A program made the position numbers and the translations under genes. The notes under the pieces are model-generated. The model did not search any database, was not told the origin of the DNA, and worked only from the letters and a program-made list of their open reading frames with translations. Shown piece after piece: positions 54,901 to 63,447 of a stretch of DNA of 64,000 bases; position 1 is the stretch's first letter, and each line of letters begins with the position of its first letter. This DNA is from an uncultured Bacteroidota bacterium (GTDB taxonomy: Bacteria > Bacteroidota > Bacteroidia > UKL13-3). The stretch spans positions 97,643 to 161,642 of the forward strand of contig CAIUDH010000076.1 in the NCBI GenBank assembly GCA_903897855.1, read 5' to 3'.

Positions 54901-57505
54901 TTGCATAGGGCCATTCCCTATTCGTGTTACTCCTTTTGGCGGCGACAGTTCGTATACTTTTTATTTGCTTAAGAATAATTCAGTGATTGATTCCATTCGA
55001 AACGCCACCCTAGGTAATTCTTATTCATTCTTAGTATCGCCACGAACAACTACGTCCTATACTTTAGTATTAAAAGATGGATGTACGTTAATAAACGACA
55101 CACAACTCATCAACTTAACGGTAAGAGACTCTCTCCATTTCACGCATACACCCGACACTACAATATGCCTCAATCAAGTGCAACTTCATGTTACGCCTTT
55201 CGGTGGCGACAGTACCTATAGCATATACCTAACAGCTAATAATTTAATCGTTGATTCCATACAAAATGCTACGATTGGCAATAACTATTTCTTCAGTGTG
55301 TCGCCCATAGTAAACACGACTTTTAAAATTATATTAAAAGACGGATGTACCGCATTAAATGACACGCAAACATTAACAGTCACGGTTAAGAACCCATTGA
55401 GTTTCACGCACTCACCCGATACGATGATTTGTATTAAACAGTTTCAGCTTGAGGTGACACCTTTAGGTGGAAATGGAATCTATGTAATCTATTTATTAAA
55501 AAATAATATTCGTCTTGATTCCATAGAAAATGCCATTATGGGCAATAATTACGCCTTCACTATTTTGCCTTCCGTGAGCACAATTTACACCCTCGTTTTG
55601 AAAGATGGATGCACTTTGTTAAATGATACACAGTATTTCACTATTTTAGTTCGAAACCCATTAAGCATAATTTCATCGAATAGCTCGATCATTTGTCGCG
55701 GTCAAAATCTGAATATCACCGTGACACCTTCTGGTGGAGATAGCACTTATACCCTTTATTTACTCAACAATAATATCGTGATCGATAGTATTACCAATGC
55801 CACACCGGGGGTGCCTTACAACTTCAATCCAAAACCGGCTATCTCTGCTAATTATCGAATCGTATTGATGGATGGCTGTACCAATTTAAATGATACCCAA
55901 TCGATTATATTTAGTTTCAGGGATGCTCTAAGCTTCACGCGCACGCCCAATCAAACCATCTGTATAGGGCAGAGCCAGAGCATACAAGTAGTGCCTTTCG
56001 GTGGCGATAGCACCTATTCTTTTTATTTACTTAAAAACAATGTAATTATTGACTCAATGCTAAACACGACCCTTGGCAACAACTATTATTTTACACAAGC
56101 ACCTACCACCACAACTCAATATACGATAGTCTTAAAAGATGGCTGTACGATACTTAACGATAGCCAGAAAATAACAATCTTTGTTCGTAATGCATTAAAG
56201 CTCTCGACAACTAAAGACACTATTATTTGCCGTGGTCAAAAACTTGCGATCACCTCAACCCCCACTGGTGGCGACAGTACGTATGCACTTTATTTGTTTC
56301 AAGGCGCACTTTGTATCGACTCCATCAAGAATGCACTCAGTGGTTTCTCCTATATTTTTAATGTTAGTCCAATAGCCAAAACACAATATAAAATAGTGCT
56401 CAAAGACGGGTGCACCAAACTCACTGATTCTAACTACATCACCATTGATTTGCATGCACCACTCAGTGTAAAGGCAACGACCTCAAAGATTAAGATTTGT
56501 TTCAAAGATAGTGTTACCATCTCCGCATTAGCATCTGGTGGTTTACCTAATGCCACCTTTAGCTACCTTTGGAACAAGGGTGCAGGCAACAAGGCTACCA
56601 CCAAGGTTTCGCCACCACAATCGGGGTGGTTTCTAGTTCGGGCCAGCGACGGCTGTTCAACGCCAGCCTATGACTCAATTTATATAGAGGTAGAACCTCT
56701 GCCGATCGTTGATTTTGTTGCCGACAACACCTCCGGTTGCGAACCATTCACCACACAATTTACAAACAACTCAACCGCACTTAGCGGGTCTACGTATTGG
56801 TGGAAGTTCGGAGATGGTAGTACCGACAACTCACAAACACCACCCAGTCATACATATGTTAAACCCGGCAGCTATAAGGTTGTTTTAATCGTTACTTCTC
56901 CCTTGGGCTGTATCGATTCGATGGTACAGAACAGTTATATCACCGTGTATTCTAATCCTCAGATTACATTAAAAATTGACCCTAAAAAAGTGAAGCTGAA
57001 CAATGGAAAGATTTCCTTCATTACGAGTTTTAAATTTACGGATGACTATGATTTCGATTTTGGTGATGGGAAATCTGTGAACACAGAACCCATTACCAAT
57101 AATGTGTTTGCACATATCTATACCGACACCGGATATTTTGTAGTGAAATTAGTGGCACACAATAATTTTGGATGTTTTGCTGAACGAAGCGACACCTTAT
57201 TTATTGAGGACTACTATACTGTTTTTATTCCGAATGTTTTTTCTCCGACTAAGAAAGATGGGGTCAACGATTATTTCAGGCCCGTTTCCACCTTCACCAA
57301 GCGATACGACATGACTATTTACGACCGTTGGGGGAATTTTGTTTATTCGGAAACTTGCGAAGGCAAATGGTATAATTGTAAAGGATGGGATGGAACCGTA
57401 AATAACCAACCTGTATTGGAGGATAATTATATTTATCTGATTACCTTATTTGAAGAAGATGGCCAACGTCATTATGTGAAGGGCACCTTTATTATTTTAA
57501 AATAA
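51998..57505 (+). CDS. 1835-aa T9SS type-B CTD (gliding-motility-associated C-terminal domain) surface protein
   Basis: Signal peptide. N-terminal GKEFWMTFMEN... domain (IgGFc-binding-protein-N-like, as seen in many Bacteroidota type-B cargos). Cys-containing Ig-like modules, nine ~88-aa tandem repeats, and a PKD-like domain (WKFGDGSTDNSQTPPSHTYVKPGSYKVVL). C-terminus FIPNVFSPTKKDGVNDYFRP...MTIYDRWGNFVY...WDGT...YIY, matching the TIGR04131-type sorting domain. Confidence 0.85.
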   Translation: MKRALLLYTLCVLFFCANSQQTSTRGKEFWMTFMENNPTNSIVLSLHFSAFQNSVVTITNPNTSYSQTLTVNANTLVSLVVPNTECYNTGSGAIANKVLKITATTEITMYALDYSMYTTDGTVILPVQALGVNYRIISYQGLIGYPSEFCLVATKDTTIIKITPSCNTLDNKIKGVPYYITLNKGQSYQVQSKVDSSLTGSLVEVQNCKPIAVYGGSVCSNVPGGNTCPYCDHLYEQLYPINMWGKEYILVPTATRTKDRFVILADQNATQLTINGVPITIALAGGTYEADINSPQYIQSSKPVCVALYAEGQLCAGGFGDPMMMWVSPLEQGIDSIIFVAQNSAVIDSHYVNIVAKTSTLASVKLNGVSIGAIFSPVAPNTAYSYIKKHISSGTNTITSDSGFTAYAYGYGNFESYGYNVGSSIHDLNRFFTVNGYNSDNYSTASAPLKLCKNSAVVLSGNSGSYVPLFWHWKFNNDTTSGQNVIKSFPDTGLVHVLMITSWVGTNLCSPNDTTLDTVSMYIRIIGPQVNIITPDTAVCRGSSFQVRISFFGDSTVTWSANSDLSCTQCVNPVITPSSSGWYKVTTVGNLLGCVASDSIFVHIIDSIQFVISGDTLICAGQKAQIKATLLNKDTSTHYIYKLYSNSVFIRQDTSAIFTETLDTTKTFVIKVNNGCSDAISTPMTVFVRTPLHVQFTDSFLICRNNNNSFTFSASGGDSSYTIFLLENNTIIDSINNATPSINYSFTFTPNPIYAYRILLTDGCTKLGDTATIHFRYRLPLSFTHTNDTLICVNQMQLQVTPWGGDSTYTFYLLKNNLVIDSIFNATIGNTNFFTISPLTSTLYKIVLKDGCTIVHDTQAVSILVRNPLSLIISHPPMICRGQFLNMNVTAAGGDSTYDIYLLNNNIVIDSVKNATPTTSYNFTQQPTPTANYRIVLKDGCTLLHDTQSVPFSFRAPLTFTHSPDSIICIGPFPIRVTPFGGDSSYTFYLLKNNSVIDSIRNATLGNSYSFLVSPRTTTSYTLVLKDGCTLINDTQLINLTVRDSLHFTHTPDTTICLNQVQLHVTPFGGDSTYSIYLTANNLIVDSIQNATIGNNYFFSVSPIVNTTFKIILKDGCTALNDTQTLTVTVKNPLSFTHSPDTMICIKQFQLEVTPLGGNGIYVIYLLKNNIRLDSIENAIMGNNYAFTILPSVSTIYTLVLKDGCTLLNDTQYFTILVRNPLSIISSNSSIICRGQNLNITVTPSGGDSTYTLYLLNNNIVIDSITNATPGVPYNFNPKPAISANYRIVLMDGCTNLNDTQSIIFSFRDALSFTRTPNQTICIGQSQSIQVVPFGGDSTYSFYLLKNNVIIDSMLNTTLGNNYYFTQAPTTTTQYTIVLKDGCTILNDSQKITIFVRNALKLSTTKDTIICRGQKLAITSTPTGGDSTYALYLFQGALCIDSIKNALSGFSYIFNVSPIAKTQYKIVLKDGCTKLTDSNYITIDLHAPLSVKATTSKIKICFKDSVTISALASGGLPNATFSYLWNKGAGNKATTKVSPPQSGWFLVRASDGCSTPAYDSIYIEVEPLPIVDFVADNTSGCEPFTTQFTNNSTALSGSTYWWKFGDGSTDNSQTPPSHTYVKPGSYKVVLIVTSPLGCIDSMVQNSYITVYSNPQITLKIDPKKVKLNNGKISFITSFKFTDDYDFDFGDGKSVNTEPITNNVFAHIYTDTGYFVVKLVAHNNFGCFAERSDTLFIEDYYTVFIPNVFSPTKKDGVNDYFRPVSTFTKRYDMTIYDRWGNFVYSETCEGKWYNCKGWDGTVNNQPVLEDNYIYLITLFEEDGQRHYVKGTFIILK
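54068..56460 (+). repeat. nine in-frame tandem coding repeats, period 264 or 267 nt
   Basis: The GG(D/N)(S/G).Y anchor codons start at 54143, 54407, 54674, 54938, 55202, 55466, 55733, 56000 and 56267. The spacings are 264, 267, 264, 264, 264, 267, 267 and 267. The repeat consensus is PLSFTH.PDT.IC..Q.QL.VTPFGGDSTY.FYLLKNN.VIDSI.NAT.GN.Y.F...P...T.Y.IVLKDGCT.LNDTQ......VRN. Confidence 0.9.
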
Positions 57506-57616
57506 AGGATGGTGAATCCAATACTAATTTAATTCGACCCCCTCATGAACCCATTGGAAGAATATTCTGCCGCACCAAAACAAGGAATAATAAATATTAC
57601 TTAAGCATTCATTAAC

Positions 57617-58735
57617 CTACCATTTCTTGTTTTTCACAAGCAATGTTTTTATTCCAATCAAAAGGTAATAAAAGACATAGATAAAATCGAAAAGTAGGAT
57701 TCCCCACCATAATGAGAAGCATTTCAGTTTTTTCATTATCGGTGCAAAAATCGAATATTGAAAAAACATTCTTACACCGAAAGCTCCTAAAGCAAACCAG
57801 CGGGTGGGCTCGAAGAACACCAGGAAAATGGTGAGGGCGTACGTAAGAATATGGGTAATGCTGAAGATGCCCAATAGATATTTAAATTTACTTTTATACT
57901 CCTTGCCTGTACTCAAATGCCTGGATTTCTGCTGCCAGAATCCACTCCACGTTTTTTTTGCATCGCTGTAGGTGAAAGTCTCTTTATTTATCTCAATAAC
58001 AGTATTCGTTGAGTTCGACGTTTCATTCACAAATAAATCATCATCTCCACTGAGTAAATGATTATGGCTTGCGAATCCTTTGTAGGCGAAAAATAAACTC
58101 TTACGATAACTCAGATTTCTCCCCACACCCATATAAGGTATTTTCGCTATGGCATAGCTAAGGTATTGTAATGCGGTATAGAATGTTTCAAATCGCACAA
58201 ATCTATTTAATAGCCCTTTCGCTCTTTTATAAGGTGAATACCCTAAAACCAAGTGTGTATCGGGCTTATACTGTTGTTGCATAATACGAAGCCATTCCTT
58301 ACCCGTAGGTTCGCAATCGGCATCGGTAAGCAGGAGCAATTCGTACTTTGAGGCTTTTATGGCTAAAGTCAAAACAAACTTCTTGCCTTTCGGATAACGT
58401 TCATTTTCGACATACCGCACTTCTCTAAGGTTCGCATATTGTGTTGCCAATTCAGATAAAAAATCGGAAGTGCCATCCCCGCTGTTATCATTGGCTACAA
58501 TAACTTCAAAATCAGGATAATCTTGTTGTAAAATTATAGGGAGGTTCTTTCTCAGATTCTCTATCTCATTTCTGGCACAGATAATTATGGATACTGGCTC
58601 CTCTTTTTTTAAGACGTTTTTGGGACTCTTATACAAAGCAAGACGCAGAAACAGGAAGAGATAATACATCAACTGTACTCCAACAACAAAAAAAAGCAAG
58701 CCAAGCAAGGCATTTAAAATATCGATTCGTTCCAT
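57617..58735 (-). CDS. membrane-anchored family 2 glycosyltransferase
   Basis: I start it at ATG 58735 (MERIDILNALLGLLFFVV...). GT-A motifs are VSIIICARNE, DYPDFEVIVANDNSGDGT and LLLTDADC, with C-terminal TM helices. Confidence 0.8.
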   Translation of the reverse strand: MERIDILNALLGLLFFVVGVQLMYYLFLFLRLALYKSPKNVLKKEEPVSIIICARNEIENLRKNLPIILQQDYPDFEVIVANDNSGDGTSDFLSELATQYANLREVRYVENERYPKGKKFVLTLAIKASKYELLLLTDADCEPTGKEWLRIMQQQYKPDTHLVLGYSPYKRAKGLLNRFVRFETFYTALQYLSYAIAKIPYMGVGRNLSYRKSLFFAYKGFASHNHLLSGDDDLFVNETSNSTNTVIEINKETFTYSDAKKTWSGFWQQKSRHLSTGKEYKSKFKYLLGIFSITHILTYALTIFLVFFEPTRWFALGAFGVRMFFQYSIFAPIMKKLKCFSLWWGILLFDFIYVFYYLLIGIKTLLVKNKKW

Positions 58736-58748
58736 TATAAAAGAGGTG

Positions 58749-58756
58749 CAAAAATA
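58749..58756 (-). promoter_or_regulatory. candidate -7 box TATTTTTG upstream of the GT2 gene
   Basis: CAAAAATA on the plus strand, 14 nt upstream of ATG 58735. Confidence 0.3.
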
Positions 58757-58882
58757 ACACATTCACTATTTTAAAACTGAGGTAATTAATCAACATATTT
58801 TATTTTTTTCTATATGCTGTTTTTTTTCGTTCTTTTGTATAGCAAAATAAAAAACTGAAAAAACGAAAGAATCATAGAATTT

Positions 58883-60085
58883 ATGCGTGCGATACACTTC
58901 TATCTTAGTCTTCTTTTTCCCATTGCCGGCTTTGCTCAGCAAGCTATCGATTCCATCCACTGCGACTGCTCTAAAGCCCTGAGCATACCCATTTACAAGA
59001 AGCATCATCATAGCGCTCCAAAGGGCCGTGGAGCCGTGATGGAAATTGAACATAATGGGATGAAGAATGGGAAATACTTCGACAAAGAGCATAATACCAT
59101 CTGGTACTCCATCACGATTCCTAACGATGGCCTTTTAACATTCGACATCATACCCGATACGCTCAAAGACGATTATGATTTTATGCTGTTCAAACAGGGT
59201 GGACGGGGCACCTGCGACAGCATCCAAGCGAAAACACTACTCCCAATGAGAGCCAATATTTCTCATAATGCACCGGCAACCAGAGGAATTACTGGCTTGT
59301 CGACCCACGCACGTTTCGATTTTAATAAGCCTGGAGCGCACGACCATTACAGCAAAGCACTTCCAGTGAAATTTGGTGACCGCTATCTTTTGGTGCTGGA
59401 TAATGTTTATGAGAAGGGGAAAGGACATACCGTCAAGTTTTATTTCGACTTCAAGCTTCATGGCATCGTGCTCGACTCTTCAACAGGCAAACCATTAACA
59501 GCCACAATCACATTAACCGATTTGAGGTCCAACACGATTCTTAGTAAATCGAAAAGTGACTCTTTAAATAATGGATTGTTTGAGTTTGCTGTTTTACTCG
59601 AAGATACCCTTCGGTGGGATTTAAACCTCAGTGTTCCAGGTTATTTCAGCGAAAGTGCGGTATTCACCCAGAAGAGCATCATGGCATTGCTACAACGCCC
59701 GCGTGTTTTTAAACTACGTAAGATAGAGAAGAATAGAAGTTTTGCCTTGAAGGACATTAACTTTTTTCCCAATAAAGATATATTTCGTCCCACCTCAACA
59801 CCTGCCTTACAAAATTTGCTTCATGTAATGAAAGACAATGGGAGCTTGAAAATTTTAATCGAGGGGCATACCAATTTCGACCCCAATACCACCAAAGAAA
59901 AGGACTTGAAACTCTCAGAAAACAGAGCGATGGCGGTAAAAAAATATTTAAACGATAATGGTATCGATAACGACCGTATTGCCACACGAGGTTACGGTAG
60001 CACGCGAATGATATATCCTAATCCACGTACCCCCGACCAACAACAGATGAATATGAGGGTGGAAATCAAAGTAGAGGATTATTGA
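58883..60085 (+). CDS. OmpA-family protein with N-terminal Bacteroidota-specific domain and CarboxypepD_reg-like middle domain
   Basis: Signal peptide (LLFPIAGFAQQ). N-domain (CDCSKALSI...NTIWYSITIPNDGLLTFDIIPD...DDYDFMLF). LHGIVLDSSTGKPLTATITLTD. C-terminal OmpA-like peptidoglycan-binding domain (LIEGHTNFD...LSENRAMAVKKYL...RGYGSTRMI). Confidence 0.8.
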   Translation: MRAIHFYLSLLFPIAGFAQQAIDSIHCDCSKALSIPIYKKHHHSAPKGRGAVMEIEHNGMKNGKYFDKEHNTIWYSITIPNDGLLTFDIIPDTLKDDYDFMLFKQGGRGTCDSIQAKTLLPMRANISHNAPATRGITGLSTHARFDFNKPGAHDHYSKALPVKFGDRYLLVLDNVYEKGKGHTVKFYFDFKLHGIVLDSSTGKPLTATITLTDLRSNTILSKSKSDSLNNGLFEFAVLLEDTLRWDLNLSVPGYFSESAVFTQKSIMALLQRPRVFKLRKIEKNRSFALKDINFFPNKDIFRPTSTPALQNLLHVMKDNGSLKILIEGHTNFDPNTTKEKDLKLSENRAMAVKKYLNDNGIDNDRIATRGYGSTRMIYPNPRTPDQQQMNMRVEIKVEDY

Positions 60086-60262
60086 TCTTAAATACAGCGA
60101 ATCGTGAATTTGATTAAAACAGGAATCGGTATCTCTTGAATCTCAAAAAAAGCAAAAATCAAGAGAAGAAAATCCTATCTTCGTTGGTGAAAAGTGCATC
60201 ACCAAGGAGGTGATTTAAAGATTATCGTGCTATATTGGATCAAACCCGTCAATAATATTGCC

Positions 60263-60526
60263 ATGAAAAAAGTTTTCGCCTTCATTGCTTTTTGCCTCTT
60301 CACCGTTGCTGCTTCCGCGCAGCTGAATACCGATAGTTCACAAACTACCCCCATAAAAATATCAAGCTATGACGCCCGAGCCAATGCCTCTTCTGAGCAT
60401 TTGCATCCCAAATACCCGAACCTGGCCAACCCTGCTGGTCCAGGATATGAGATGGATGGCACCGTGTATCATGGTGAAGCCATTGTGAATAGGCATATCA
60501 CCAATATTAACGATTTGTTTCGTTAA
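60263..60526 (+). CDS. small secreted hypothetical protein (87 aa)
   Basis: ATG 60263 gives MKKVFAFIAFCLFTVAASAQ..., a clean signal peptide. I recognise no homology. Confidence 0.45.
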   Translation: MKKVFAFIAFCLFTVAASAQLNTDSSQTTPIKISSYDARANASSEHLHPKYPNLANPAGPGYEMDGTVYHGEAIVNRHITNINDLFR

Positions 60527-60587
60527 GAACCTACAAATGCTAACTTTGAAGGGGGGCAGAAAGTTTCCTTCCTTACCCAAATTGTTT

Positions 60588-60595
60588 TATTTTTG
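60588..60595 (+). promoter_or_regulatory. candidate -7 box TATTTTTG upstream of hmgA
   Basis: It lies 29 nt before ATG 60625. Confidence 0.3.
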
Positions 60596-60624
60596 CTGAA
60601 AATCATTCAATCCTAAAATCGATT

Positions 60625-61782
60625 ATGCCTTTTTATTACACGCTTGGAAATATTCCACCAAAACGCCATACGCAATTTCGTAAGCCCGATGGAACGCTAT
60701 ACGCTGAAGAACTCGTAAGTACCGAAGGCTTCAGTAGTATGTACAGCTTAGTTTACCATTGTCATCCACCTACTTTGGTAAAAAATATCGATGAGGCCTA
60801 CAGTGTAAAGCCTATCGCTAAACTCGAGCACAACCTGCAAAATCGATCCTTCCTTACTTTCAAAACGGCCGCCGAAGACGACTATTTAAAGTCGCGTAAA
60901 GTGCTGCTATTTAATTCGGATTTACACATGAGTTGTGCTGCTCCACGCAAAAGCATGACAGACTATTTTTTTAAAAATGCCGATGCCGACGAGATGATTT
61001 TTGTGCATGAAGGAAGCGGAAAATTAAAAACCTTATACGGTGAAATTCCTTTTGAGTATGGCGATTATTTAGTGATTCCTCGTGGAATAATTTATCAGAT
61101 GGAATTTAACGATGAAAATAATCGTTTAATGATTGTGGAGAGCTTCTCGCCTATTCGTCCACCGAAACGTTATATCAACGAATACGGGCAGCTGCATGAA
61201 CATTCGCCGTATTGCGAGCGCGACATCAAACTGCCCCGTAACCTCGTAACCCATGATGAGTTGGGCGACTTTAAAGTTTTAATAAAAAAACAAGATCATA
61301 TATACCCTTACACCCTAGGCGCTCATCCATTCGGTGCTATTGGATGGGACGGGTTTCAATATCCTTACGGCTTTAGTATTCATAACTATGAGCCAATCAC
61401 AGGGAGGGTTCATTTGCCCCCACCCATTCATCAAACCTTTGAAGGGCATAATTTTGTGATTTGCTCTTTCGTACCACGCATGTACGATTATCATCCCTTG
61501 AGCATTCCTGCACCATACAACCATAGTAATGTTGATAGTGATGAGGTGCTCTATTATGTAGATGGCGATTTTATGAGCCGCAAGCAGGTAGAGCGTGGCA
61601 TGATTTCACTGCATCCCAAAGGCATCCCACACGGGCCACACCCGGGCACCATTGAGAAAAGTATTGGGCAAGCCGAGACCAAGGAGCTCGCCGTAATGAT
61701 TGACCCTTTTTACCCGCTAATGATTACAGAAGAAGCGATGCGATGCGAAGACCCTTCGTATTACAAGAGCTGGATTGAATAA
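60625..61782 (+). CDS. hmgA: homogentisate 1,2-dioxygenase
   Basis: 385 aa. MPFYYTLGNIPPKRHTQFRKPDGTLYAEEL...STEGFSS..., a cupin core, and C-terminal ...SLHPKGIPHGPHPG, typical of the short bacterial HGD form. Confidence 0.85.
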   Translation: MPFYYTLGNIPPKRHTQFRKPDGTLYAEELVSTEGFSSMYSLVYHCHPPTLVKNIDEAYSVKPIAKLEHNLQNRSFLTFKTAAEDDYLKSRKVLLFNSDLHMSCAAPRKSMTDYFFKNADADEMIFVHEGSGKLKTLYGEIPFEYGDYLVIPRGIIYQMEFNDENNRLMIVESFSPIRPPKRYINEYGQLHEHSPYCERDIKLPRNLVTHDELGDFKVLIKKQDHIYPYTLGAHPFGAIGWDGFQYPYGFSIHNYEPITGRVHLPPPIHQTFEGHNFVICSFVPRMYDYHPLSIPAPYNHSNVDSDEVLYYVDGDFMSRKQVERGMISLHPKGIPHGPHPGTIEKSIGQAETKELAVMIDPFYPLMITEEAMRCEDPSYYKSWIE

Positions 61783-61938
61783 GTTAAAAAATAAGAAGCA
61801 AAGAAGATTTCTTTAGATTACCGTATAAAACGACCGTTATGGTGCCTGAGAATTTTCATAAAAAGATTTTGTTTTTTATCCGGTTTTTTTTATTTATTTG
61901 CGACCTTGAAATTTAATATAATAAATTAAAGATATATT

Positions 61939-62160
61939 ATGTATTGGACACTCGAATTAGCCTCTTATTTAGATGATGCACCTTGGCCTGCTACCAAAGA
62001 CGAACTGATAGATTTTGCCATCAGAAGTGGTGCCCCATTGGAGGTCATAGAAAATTTACAGGAACTGGAAGACGATGGAGAGCCTTTTGAAACCATTGAA
62101 GAGGTATGGCCCGACTATCCCACACCCGAAGATTACTTCTTTAACGAAGACGAATTATAA
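61939..62160 (+). CDS. DUF2795-like small acidic protein
   Basis: 73 aa. LDDAPWPATKDELIDFAIRSGAPLEVIENL matches my memory of the DUF2795 core. Confidence 0.6.
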   Translation: MYWTLELASYLDDAPWPATKDELIDFAIRSGAPLEVIENLQELEDDGEPFETIEEVWPDYPTPEDYFFNEDEL

Positions 62161-62166
62161 TTCACA

Positions 62167-62200
62167 AACCCCTTCCAAAATTTCGGAAGGGGTTTTTATT
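62167..62200 (+). terminator. intrinsic terminator after the DUF2795 gene
   Basis: AACCCCTTCC-N8-GGAAGGGGTT followed by TTTTATTT. Confidence 0.7.
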
Positions 62201-62380
62201 TGTGTCTTTTTTCGAGAAGAGCGCTTAGGAACACCCCCTTTCAATAAATAATATGCTCATTAAAAGCCACTTACAACTCCATTTTCAGCCTGCGCCCCTC
62301 CATCAAAACAGAATAAGTCGGGTAGTGTCGATTATTTAGCGTACCTTCGCATATTACAATTTTAAATACAATACAATTAA

Positions 62381-62575
62381 ATGTCACAACAAGGTACAGT
62401 AAAATTCTTTAATGATGAAAAAGGTTTCGGATTCATCACACCTTCAACAGGTGGTAGCGAAATATTTGTTCATTCATCTGGCTTAATCGACAAAATTCGT
62501 GAGAACGATTCTGTTAGCTACGATGTAGAACAAGGCAAAAAAGGCCCTAATGCGGTAAATGTAAAAAAAGCGTAA
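62381..62575 (+). CDS. cold-shock protein (CspA family)
   Basis: 64 aa with RNP1/RNP2 motifs: GTVKFFNDEKGFGFITP...IFVHSS. Confidence 0.9.
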   Translation: MSQQGTVKFFNDEKGFGFITPSTGGSEIFVHSSGLIDKIRENDSVSYDVEQGKKGPNAVNVKKA

Positions 62576-62596
62576 AGCAATACAAGCATAAATCGT

Positions 62597-62637
62597 AAAT
62601 GCCTCCTTCCAATATTGGACGGAGGCATTTTTTTTTA
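62597..62637 (+). terminator. intrinsic terminator after csp
   Basis: AAATGCCTCC-N14-GGAGGCATTT followed by a T run. Confidence 0.7.
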
Positions 62638-62672
62638 TACAAGCAATTTTATAGGGCAAGCAAGTGTGTCTG

Positions 62673-63431
62673 CTACTTCTTCTTTATCCCCTCTATTTCT
62701 ACGCGCATGCTGCGCAGCATCGTCATAATACTATCCAGGTTCAACTCTTCCTCTTTCTTATCGGAGATATTAAGATTGCATACAAACTCCCATACTTCGA
62801 GAACATCAGCAGCCTTTACTGTAAAAGGATCGTAGCTCTTATTGTCGGAATGCAGGTGCAATAGGTTGCCTTCCATCATCACACGCTTATACACCACCCC
62901 ATCGGTCTTGGTAATTAAAACATAGGTTCGTCCGTTGCGTACCGATTTTAACGATTCAACATATTTCCCTATCACATAACACCCATCTTTCAAAGGGGGC
63001 ATAGAATCGCCTTTGATAATAAATGCCCGATGCTTGCCAATGATACGGAAAGGCAAACTCATGATGGGTAGTTTCCCGATATACTCCGGGTCGGCGTAGC
63101 CATTTAAATAGCCAGCAGAAGCCCGTACGGTAACTACTTCCACCTGGTCGTTGTTTTCCCTGTCGACCATAATAGGAAACAAAATACGGTTCTCCCCTAC
63201 TTTTATAAAGGAGTCCCCATTGAACTTGCTCAGATCGGCTTTGATGAGCGCATCTACTGCGATATGAAATAAGTTAGATATTCGTATCAGCACATCGATG
63301 GGTGGGTCGCACCGCTCCTCTTCATACGAGCCAATACGTGCACGGGAGATATCCAATTTGAGCGCTAACTGTTCCTGCGACCATTTTTTTATAGTACGCA
63401 AATGCCGGATGTTGGTAGAAATTTTACTCAT
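62673..63431 (-). CDS. LexA-like autocleavable repressor (XRE-type HTH + S24 peptidase domain)
   Basis: N-terminal Cro/C1 HTH (IRHLRTIKKWSQEQLALKLDISRARIGSYE). Candidate cleavage site SAG. S24 catalytic Ser (IKGDSMPP) and Lys (GVVYKRV). Confidence 0.8.
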   Translation of the reverse strand: MSKISTNIRHLRTIKKWSQEQLALKLDISRARIGSYEEERCDPPIDVLIRISNLFHIAVDALIKADLSKFNGDSFIKVGENRILFPIMVDRENNDQVEVVTVRASAGYLNGYADPEYIGKLPIMSLPFRIIGKHRAFIIKGDSMPPLKDGCYVIGKYVESLKSVRNGRTYVLITKTDGVVYKRVMMEGNLLHLHSDNKSYDPFTVKAADVLEVWEFVCNLNISDKKEEELNLDSIMTMLRSMRVEIEGIKKK

Positions 63432-63447
63432 GCTAAAATATTTAGCA
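63431..63447. promoter_or_regulatory. perfect palindrome TGCTAAA-ATA-TTTAGCA, candidate operator
   Basis: 7-bp inverted arms with a 3-bp spacer. The first base is the first base of the repressor's start codon, and the site lies in the divergent repressor/dinB intergenic region. Confidence 0.35.

Noticed and set aside
54068-56460. A regular ~265-nt periodic repeat that could superficially suggest a CRISPR-like or satellite array.
   Set aside because: The repeats are in frame inside one long ORF, they have no unique spacers, and the period matches an ~88-aa protein domain. This is a coding tandem repeat, not a CRISPR array.
58790-59092. 100-aa minus-strand ORF overlapping the 5' end of the OmpA-family gene.
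   Set aside because: It is antisense to a well-supported gene and promoter region and has an implausible sequence. I treat it as a shadow ORF.
62599-62864. Two overlapping plus-strand ORFs (78 and 66 aa) downstream of csp.
   Set aside because: They begin inside or after the csp terminator and run antisense to the 3' end of the well-supported LexA-like gene.
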